A stretch of 64,000 bases of DNA, taken from NCBI GenBank assembly GCA_003221515.1, contig QHSI01000129.1:6646-70645 (forward strand), read 5' to 3'. A program made the translations under genes and the position numbers. Each line of letters begins with the position of its first letter. Within the stretch, counting starts at the first letter, position 1. The DNA comes from Candidatus Rokuibacteriota bacterium. GTDB lineage: Bacteria; Methylomirabilota; Methylomirabilia; Rokubacteriales; CSP1-6. Below the pieces are notes generated by a model. The model had not been told where the DNA came from, made no database searches, and saw only the letters and a list, made by a program, of their open reading frames with translations. This document shows, in pieces, positions 57,239 through 64,000 of the stretch.

Positions 57239-58722
57239 AGGAGCGCATCGCCCGGTCGCTCTCTTGGCTCGTCTGGTCGCGCGGAGCGATCCAGCTGCTC
57301 TCGCTGCTCTCCACGCTGGTCGTCACGCGACTCCTGGCTCCGGAGGACTACGGGCTCATGGCCTTGGTGGGTGTCTGGACGTACGCGGTCGCGCTGATCG
57401 CGGAGATGGGCCTCGGCGTCGCGATCGTCCAGTTCCCGGAGCTGGAGGAGCGTGAGCTCAACACGTGCTTCTGGCTCATCGTGGGCACGTCGGCCGTCGG
57501 GTACCTCGCCCTGTACGCGTCAGCCCCGGCGATCGCGGCGTGGTTCGCCAGCCCGATGCTCTCGCGCGTGCTCCCCGTCGCCGGATTGAGCTTGCCGCTG
57601 CTCGCGCTGCGGACGGTTCCCGACGGCCTGCTCAGGAAGCGCCTGCAGCTCGACAGGGTCTCGCAGGTCGAGGGCGCCGCGATGCTGGTGACCATGCCGG
57701 TAGTGCTCGGCCTCGCGTGGTCCGGCGCCGGGGTCTGGGCGCTCGTGGCGGGAAGCCTGGTGATGCCGCTGGTCCACGACGTTGTCAGCTTCTGGCTCGT
57801 CCGCTGGTGTCCCGGTCTTCGAGTGGGGAGCCCGCGCCTGCGCGCGATCCTCCGCTACAGCCTCGCAACGTTCGGTGCGCGAGCGGGCTGGGCCGTGTAC
57901 CAGCAGGTCGACGCGGTCGTGCTGGGGAAAGTCTCCGGCCAGGTCGTTCTGGGCTTCTACGCGATGGCCAAGCAGCTAGCCAGCCTGCCGCTCGAGAAGA
58001 TCACCGTCGTGGCGAACCAGCTCGCCTTACCGATCATGGCCGAGTGCCAGGCGGACCGCGCGACGATGCGCGCGTCTTTTCTGCGCGGGCTCCGCCTGGT
58101 GGCGTCGTTGACCGTCCCGCTGGGTCTCGGCATCGCGCTGGTGGCCGACGACTTCGTGGCGGTGGCGCTCGGCGAGAAGTGGGGGGCGGTGGTGCCCGTG
58201 CTCCGCGCGCTGTGTGTGCTCGGGCTGATTCGCTCGGTCGACACCTTGCTGCCGCTGGTCTTGCTCGCGCGGTACCGCGCCGGCTCTCTGTTCCGGTGGA
58301 CGATGGCGTTGTTGCTCGTGATGCCCTTCGCGTTCTGGGCCGGCGCCGCCTGGCGGGGATCCCTGGGCGTGGCGCTCGCGTGGATCGTCGTCTATCCGCT
58401 CGTCATGGCCTGGATGGCCCGCGAAGCCCTCCAGGAGCTGGAGACGGGGTGGCGCACGCTGCTGGACCAGCTGCGCCCAATCCTGATCGCGAGCCTGATG
58501 ATGGCCGGGCTCGTGATGGTCGTCCGCTGGGCGCTGCCCGCATCCGACGTCGCCGAGCGACTCGTGAGGCTGGTTCTCGCCGCCGCCCTCGGCGTCACGG
58601 CCTACGCGGCGGCCATCTTCTGGCAGGGCGGCGCGCTGGTCGGCGAGATCGGCGAGGTCGCGGGGTGGCTCAAGCGTCCATTCATGTCTTCGCGCCGCGC
58701 GGGCGCGGGAGAACGCGCGTGA
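57235..58722 (+). CDS. wzx: Wzx flippase / polysaccharide biosynthesis export protein
   Basis: RLLAPEDYGL, multi-TM, GAGVWAL, LGFYAMA, LGEKW. Confidence 0.8.
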   Translation: MKERIARSLSWLVWSRGAIQLLSLLSTLVVTRLLAPEDYGLMALVGVWTYAVALIAEMGLGVAIVQFPELEERELNTCFWLIVGTSAVGYLALYASAPAIAAWFASPMLSRVLPVAGLSLPLLALRTVPDGLLRKRLQLDRVSQVEGAAMLVTMPVVLGLAWSGAGVWALVAGSLVMPLVHDVVSFWLVRWCPGLRVGSPRLRAILRYSLATFGARAGWAVYQQVDAVVLGKVSGQVVLGFYAMAKQLASLPLEKITVVANQLALPIMAECQADRATMRASFLRGLRLVASLTVPLGLGIALVADDFVAVALGEKWGAVVPVLRALCVLGLIRSVDTLLPLVLLARYRAGSLFRWTMALLLVMPFAFWAGAAWRGSLGVALAWIVVYPLVMAWMAREALQELETGWRTLLDQLRPILIASLMMAGLVMVVRWALPASDVAERLVRLVLAAALGVTAYAAAIFWQGGALVGEIGEVAGWLKRPFMSSRRAGAGERA

Positions 58723-58798
58723 AGGTGCGATGCGTCCTGGGTACGCGGGCGGTGAATCCGTGCGGCGACGGCCGAGTGTCCTGTGCGGACAATTCGAC

Positions 58799-60679
58799 AT
58801 GTGCGGCATCGCCGGCTCGCTGAGCCTCGACGGGCGCCCAGTCGCCCTGGACGAGGTGCGCGCAATGTGCGGGGTCATCTCCCATCGCGGCCCCGACGAC
58901 GACGGCTTTCATCTGGGTCCGGGGGTGGGCCTGGGGATGCGGCGCCTGCGGATCATCGACCTCGAGACCGGGCGCCAGCCCATCCGGAACGAGGACGGCA
59001 CGGTGTGGGTCGTCTTCAACGGCGAGATCTACAACTTCCGGGAGCTCCGCCGCGAGCTCGAGGCGCGTGGGCATGCCTTCTACACCGCGACGGACACGGA
59101 GACGATCGTCCACCTCTACGAGGAGGACCAGGCCGACTGCGTGAAGAAGCTGCGCGGCATGTTCGCCTTCGCCCTCTGGGATGCGCGCCGCCGGACGCTG
59201 CTGGTGGCTCGCGACCGGCTGGGCATCAAGCCGCTCTACTATGCCGAGGCCGGCGGCAAGCTCCTCTTCGCGTCGGAGCTGAAGGCGCTGCTGCAGTCGG
59301 TCGACGTCGAGGGCGACCTCAACTGGAGCGCGGTCAGCCGCCTCTTCACGTTCGGGTGCACGCCCGCGGCGGACAGCATCATCGACGGCGTCCGCAAGCT
59401 CGAGCCCGGGCACATTCTGCTCGCCTCGCCGGGCCGGGGCGTGCGCACCGAACGGTACTGGGATCCACGCTTCGAGCCCGAGTACGGACGGCCCGAGGCG
59501 TACTTCGTGGAGCGGCTCCGCGAGCTCATCGAGGAATCCGTCCGCCTGCACCTCGTGAGCGACGTGCCGCTGGGCGCGTTCCTGAGCGGCGGCATCGATT
59601 CGAGCTCGGTCGTGGCGACCATGGCGCGGCTGGACCCTGGCCCGGTGAAGACGTTTTCGATCGGCTTCGCGGAGCCGGACTACGACGAGGCGGGCCACGC
59701 GCGGCTCGTGGCCGAGCGGTTCGGGACCGAGCACCACGAGCTCTTGCTCGAGCCGGACGCCCTCGAGATCATCGATGACCTCGCCTGGTATCTGGACGAG
59801 CCGTTCGGCGACCCCTCGGCGATCCCGACCTACATGGTCTCGAAGCTGGCCTCCCGGCACGTCACCGTCGCGCTCTCGGGCGACGGCGGCGACGAGCTCT
59901 TCGCCGGGTACGACAAGTATCGCGTCGAGGCCCGGGAGCGCCGGTACCGGTTCCTGCCGGCGCCGGCGCGGCGACTGGCGGGGGCCATCGGCGAGGCGCT
60001 GCCCGACGGGGCGCGGGGCCGCAACTTCCTGCGCCACTTGGCGCTCGTCGGCCACGAGCGCTACCTGGACGCGTCGACGCTGTTCCGGCGGGACCAGAAG
60101 GAGCGCTTGTTCCGCGACGACGTGTTCGCGCTGCTCGCGCAGCACGATCCGTGGCGCGCGGAAGCCCAGCACCTGGCCGCGGCCAACGGACGGTGGCTCT
60201 CGGCGTTGCAGTACCTGGACCTCAAAAGCTACCTGCCGCTGGACATCCTCACCAAGGTCGACCGGATGAGCATGGCGCACTCGATCGAGGCTCGCGTGCC
60301 GTTGCTCGATCACAAGCTGGTCGAGTTCGCGGCGACGATCCCGCCGGAGCTCAACCTGCGCGGCGGCACGACGAAGTACGTGTTCAAGCAGGCCATGCGG
60401 GGGATCCTGCCGGACGCGATCATCGACCGGCCGAAGCACGGCTTCGCGGTGCCGCTCGGGCACTGGTTCCGGGGCCGGCTCGGGAGCTTCGTGCGCGAGC
60501 TGCTGCTCTCCGAGAGGAGCCGCCGGCGCGGAATCTTCAACGCGGCCTACATCGAGCGGCTGGTGCGGCGGCTCGAGCTGGGACGGGAGCTCGACTTCCA
60601 CGTCTGGACGCTGATTTCCTTCGAGCTCTGGTGCCGGACCTTTCTCGACGAGCGAGTCGGTGTTCGAGCTTCTTCCTGA
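58799..60679 (+). CDS. asnB: Asparagine synthase (glutamine-hydrolyzing), EPS-locus amidotransferase
   Basis: MCGIAG, HRGPDD, FNGEIYN, RDRLGIKPLYY, LSGGIDSS, SGDGGDE, KVDRMSMAHSIEARVP. Confidence 0.9.
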   Translation: MCGIAGSLSLDGRPVALDEVRAMCGVISHRGPDDDGFHLGPGVGLGMRRLRIIDLETGRQPIRNEDGTVWVVFNGEIYNFRELRRELEARGHAFYTATDTETIVHLYEEDQADCVKKLRGMFAFALWDARRRTLLVARDRLGIKPLYYAEAGGKLLFASELKALLQSVDVEGDLNWSAVSRLFTFGCTPAADSIIDGVRKLEPGHILLASPGRGVRTERYWDPRFEPEYGRPEAYFVERLRELIEESVRLHLVSDVPLGAFLSGGIDSSSVVATMARLDPGPVKTFSIGFAEPDYDEAGHARLVAERFGTEHHELLLEPDALEIIDDLAWYLDEPFGDPSAIPTYMVSKLASRHVTVALSGDGGDELFAGYDKYRVEARERRYRFLPAPARRLAGAIGEALPDGARGRNFLRHLALVGHERYLDASTLFRRDQKERLFRDDVFALLAQHDPWRAEAQHLAAANGRWLSALQYLDLKSYLPLDILTKVDRMSMAHSIEARVPLLDHKLVEFAATIPPELNLRGGTTKYVFKQAMRGILPDAIIDRPKHGFAVPLGHWFRGRLGSFVRELLLSERSRRRGIFNAAYIERLVRRLELGRELDFHVWTLISFELWCRTFLDERVGVRASS

Positions 60680-61841
60680 TCGGCCGACCGTGCGGGCCGA
60701 GCCGGCGGGCGCCGGCGCCGCGGAGACGGCGCGCGGACGCCTGCTGATCGTCAACGTGCGCGGGTTCAAGCGGGCGGACGCCCTGTACCGGGAGCTGCGG
60801 GCCCTCGGGTGGGATACGACGGTGGTCGACGTGGACGAGCCGGCCCTCTTGCGCTGGTACGCGCGCGCGCGCGCGTTTCGGCCGAGCCTGGCCCGCTGGC
60901 GGCAGCGGGTCGAGCGCGTCGCCGGCCGCCTCGCACGGACCGCGTTCGCCTTCAGGTACCGGAGCCGGCGCTACGGCCGCCTCATCGAGCAGTCCGGCGC
61001 GAAGTACGACCTCATCTTGCAGGGCGGCGGAATGTTCGCGCCGGCGTGGCCGCTCCCGACCACGCGCTACGCGATCTTCTGCGATTGCACGGTCAAGCTG
61101 GGGGAAGGGGAGATCCTGTCGGGGGTCGACTTCGCCTCCGCGGCCAGCGCCGCGAAGTGGTACGCGCTCGAGGCGAGCCTCTACCGGCACGCGGGCCGCG
61201 TGTTCTCGGCCAGCGAGTGGGTTCGGGACTCGCTGCTGCGCGACTACGGCGTGGAGCCCGGGCGCGCCGTCACCGTCGGCGAGGGCTCGAGCCTGCGCGC
61301 GCCGGACAGCGCGCTCACCCGACACGACAGCCGGACGATCCTGTACGTCGGATACGAGTTCCAGCGCAAAGGGGGCGAGGTGCTCCTGGCCGCCTTCGAG
61401 AAGGTCGCGGCGGAGATTCCTGACGCCGAGCTCGTGATCGCAGGCCCGCCGCGGGTCGCGCGCCCGCTGCCGCCGCGCGTCCGGCTCCTCGGCCGCCTGG
61501 AGCCGGCGGAGCTCTCGCGGCTCTACGCACGCGCGTCGCTGTTCGTGATGCCGTCGCTGTTCGAGCCCTTCGGCCAGGTCTTTCTCGAGGCCATGGAGCA
61601 CGCGCTCCCCTGCGTCGGGAGCGACCGCGGCGCGATCCCCGAGATCATTGTCGACGGCAGGACCGGGCTGATCGCGCCGGCCGGAGATCCCCGGGCGCTG
61701 GCCGAGCGAATCATCTATCTGCTCCACCGTCCCGACACGATGCGCCTCATGGGCGAGCGCGGCCGCGCGCGCGTGCGCGAGCGCTTCACGTGGCCGGCGG
61801 TGGCGCGCCGGATCGACGCCGGGCTGCTCGAGCTGCTCTAG
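60660..61841 (+). CDS. Glycosyltransferase family 4
   Basis: RKGGEVLL, MPSLFEPFG..FLEAM, G.IPEII. Confidence 0.85.
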   Translation: MFELLPDRPTVRAEPAGAGAAETARGRLLIVNVRGFKRADALYRELRALGWDTTVVDVDEPALLRWYARARAFRPSLARWRQRVERVAGRLARTAFAFRYRSRRYGRLIEQSGAKYDLILQGGGMFAPAWPLPTTRYAIFCDCTVKLGEGEILSGVDFASAASAAKWYALEASLYRHAGRVFSASEWVRDSLLRDYGVEPGRAVTVGEGSSLRAPDSALTRHDSRTILYVGYEFQRKGGEVLLAAFEKVAAEIPDAELVIAGPPRVARPLPPRVRLLGRLEPAELSRLYARASLFVMPSLFEPFGQVFLEAMEHALPCVGSDRGAIPEIIVDGRTGLIAPAGDPRALAERIIYLLHRPDTMRLMGERGRARVRERFTWPAVARRIDAGLLELL

Positions 61842-61863
61842 GTCGATCCCAGACTGGATATCC

Positions 61864-62904
61864 ATGTCAGCGTTCAAGCTCGCGGCGCTGCGGCTCGGCT
61901 TTCGGGTCGGGCTCTTTCGCCTGCTGCAGCACGCCGTTCGCCGGCGCCAGGCGGTGATCCTGGCGTTTCACCGGTTCTCGGGAAGCGGCGAGGGTCACCC
62001 GCAGGGAATGCCGATCCAAACGTTCGCCGAGGCGATGGAATACCTGACTCGACACTACCGTGTCGTCTCGCTGCGCACGATGACCGACGAGCTCGGCCGC
62101 GGGGTGGTGCGACCGTACACGGTCGCGGTGACGGTGGACGACGGCTACCGGGAAGTCTTCACGCTGGCGGCGCCCGTGCTCCAGCGCTACGGCGTCCCCG
62201 CGTCATTCTTCGTGATCGGTGACTTCGTCGAGGGCCGATTGTGGCCCTGGACCGACCGCTGGGCGTTCGTCTTCGAGCATGCGCCGCGGGCCCGAGTGGC
62301 CTTCAGACATCGCGGAGCGATCCACGTCCTCGAGATGCGAGAGGAGAAGAATCGATGTCACGCCGGGGAGCAGTGGCTCGACGCCGCCAAGCGGCTCGCG
62401 GTGGCCGAGCGTGACGAGCTCCTGGCCGCGATCGCCGAGGCCTTCGGAGTCGACATTCCCGTTATTCCACCCGGCGCGTACCGGCCCATGACCTGGGCCC
62501 AGCTGCGCGCGCTGGCCGCCGAGGGGTTCGACGTGGGCGCGCACACGCGCACCCACCCGATCCTCTCCCGGGTCGCTCCGGAGCGCCTCCGCGTCGAGAT
62601 CAACGGCTGCCGGGAGCAGATAGAGCGAGAGCTCGGGCTTCCCGTGCGCCACTTCGCGTATCCCAACGGTCGCCGCGAGGATTACACCGCGGAAACCGTG
62701 GCGGCCGTGGCCCGGGCCGGCTACGTCGCCGCCGTCACGACCGTCGCCGGCGGCAACATGCCGTCCACTCCGAGTCTCGAGCTTCGCCGGGTTGTCGCGC
62801 GCCCGGAGGACCTGGCGCGCTTCGCGGGGTCGGTGTCCGGATTCGACGAGATCAGGGCGCGCGTCAAGCGTCGCGCCCTGGCGCCGGCGGTGAGGGGCGG
62901 ATGA
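61864..62904 (+). CDS. Polysaccharide deacetylase (CE4/NodB-like)
   Basis: FHRF, VTVDDGY, GAHTRTHPIL, FAYPNG. Confidence 0.9.
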   Translation: MSAFKLAALRLGFRVGLFRLLQHAVRRRQAVILAFHRFSGSGEGHPQGMPIQTFAEAMEYLTRHYRVVSLRTMTDELGRGVVRPYTVAVTVDDGYREVFTLAAPVLQRYGVPASFFVIGDFVEGRLWPWTDRWAFVFEHAPRARVAFRHRGAIHVLEMREEKNRCHAGEQWLDAAKRLAVAERDELLAAIAEAFGVDIPVIPPGAYRPMTWAQLRALAAEGFDVGAHTRTHPILSRVAPERLRVEINGCREQIERELGLPVRHFAYPNGRREDYTAETVAAVARAGYVAAVTTVAGGNMPSTPSLELRRVVARPEDLARFAGSVSGFDEIRARVKRRALAPAVRGG

Positions 62905-63968
62905 CCCGTCCGCGAATCGCGCTGGTCGCATTCAGCCTGGACATCCTGGGCGGCCAGGGGGTGCAGGCCCGCGCGCTGGTCGCGGAGCTTCGGAGGGACG
63001 GCCACGAGGTCACCTTCATCCCGTTCAATCCGCCCGTTCCCCGGCTGCTTCGCTGGGCCCGGCGATACCGCTACGTCCGGACGCTCCTGAACCAGGCGCT
63101 CTATCTGCCGAGCCTTCGCCGTCTTCGCGACGCGGACGTCGTCCATGTGTTCTCGGCGTCCTACTGGTCCTTCGTGCTCGCCACGACGCCGGCGATCCTG
63201 GCGGCGCGGAGGCTCGGCAAGCGGATCGTGCTGCACTACCACAGCGGCGAGGCCGACGATCACCTGGCCCGGTGGGGATACTGGGTCCACCCGTGGCTGC
63301 GCCGGGTCGACGAGATCGTGGTGCCCTCCGACTATCTACGGCGCGTGTTCGCTGGTCACGGCTATCGCGTCCGCGTGATCCGGAACGTCGTCGACACCTC
63401 CTGCTTCCGCTATCGCGAGCGAGCGTCCCTGCGCGCGCGGCTTCTGTCCACCCGGAACCTCGAGCCGCACTATCGCGTGGACAACACGCTGGAGGCGTTC
63501 GCGCTCCTCCGGGGCCAGCACCCGGAGGCGACCTTGACGGTCGCCGGGTGTGGAAGCGAGGAGGGCCGACTGCGCCGGCTGGCCGAATCGCTCGGCGTGG
63601 GCGGGATCTGGTTCGCGGGACGCGTCGAGCCGGCGGCGATGGCCGACCTCCACGATCAGGCCGACGTCTTCGTGAACTCGTCGGTCGTGGACAACCAGCC
63701 GGTGTCGGTGCTGGAGGCGTTTGCCGCGGGGCTCCCCGTCGTGTCGACCGACACCGGCGATATCGCCGCGATGGTTCGCGACGGCGAGACCGGTCTCCTG
63801 GTTCCGCCGGGAGACCCGGTCGCGCTGACCAAGGCCGTGACCGGCCTTCTGGACGATCCCGACCGCGCCCGGCTCTTGGCCCGCCGCGCGAGGCGGGAGG
63901 TCGAGCAGTACACCTGGGTCGCCGTGCGCGAGGCGTGGGCGGCGGTCTACGCGGGCCGGCCGGCGTGA
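62901..63968 (+). CDS. Glycosyltransferase family 4
   Basis: GGQGVQA, STRNLE..Y, NSSVVDNQPVSVLEAFAAGLPVVST. Confidence 0.9.
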   Translation: MTRPRIALVAFSLDILGGQGVQARALVAELRRDGHEVTFIPFNPPVPRLLRWARRYRYVRTLLNQALYLPSLRRLRDADVVHVFSASYWSFVLATTPAILAARRLGKRIVLHYHSGEADDHLARWGYWVHPWLRRVDEIVVPSDYLRRVFAGHGYRVRVIRNVVDTSCFRYRERASLRARLLSTRNLEPHYRVDNTLEAFALLRGQHPEATLTVAGCGSEEGRLRRLAESLGVGGIWFAGRVEPAAMADLHDQADVFVNSSVVDNQPVSVLEAFAAGLPVVSTDTGDIAAMVRDGETGLLVPPGDPVALTKAVTGLLDDPDRARLLARRARREVEQYTWVAVREAWAAVYAGRPA

Positions 63969-64000
63969 TGCTGAACGCGCTGACGATCGACGTCGAAGAC
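63968..64000 (+). CDS. Partial: XrtA/PEP-CTERM-type polysaccharide deacetylase (DUF3473-associated)
   Basis: TGATG overlap; MLNALTIDVED is the characteristic N-terminus; runs off the window. Confidence 0.7.
   Translation, partial: MLNALTIDVED

Overview
High-GC (roughly 70% by eye) bacterial chromosomal window. Gene content and style suggest a Ca. Rokubacteria/Methylomirabilota-like soil bacterium (inference). No tRNA, rRNA, CRISPR array, integrase or transposase was seen. The left half (1-35.3 kb) is mixed housekeeping and accessory content: tesA-ybbA-ybbP; a minus-strand operon of radical SAM, NfuA-like, ATP-grasp and 4xGAF hybrid kinase genes; mlaC; an amidohydrolase, methyltransferase and tautomerase group; a lower-GC Clp-N/NusG-KOW fusion gene; several broken genes; cysM; TAXI; AI-2E; OmpA/DUF4398; a Rieske + GcvT-family pair; and 2-AEP-type and Phn ABC transporters. 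The right half (35.4-64 kb) is a regulatory module leading into a >27 kb co-directional Wzx/Wzy exopolysaccharide locus of the PEP-CTERM/XrtA-associated type, with an embedded carrier-protein tailoring cassette. Best leads: (1) the radical SAM gene reads through UGA as Sec to give a C-U-A-E-P tail, has a SECIS-like hairpin, resembles ArsL and is coupled to an ATP-grasp ligase; (2) the stand-alone Clp-N/NusG-CTD fusion; (3) a three-copy TTCCGGR-N20-GGGW motif ahead of two Arg-rich miniproteins, a pseudo-receiver ANTAR protein and a NusG paralog with an ops-like leader; (4) a two-loader, two-carrier, two-GNAT cassette with a DltA-like A domain inside the EPS locus. All family assignments come from motif recognition by eye; no searches were run.
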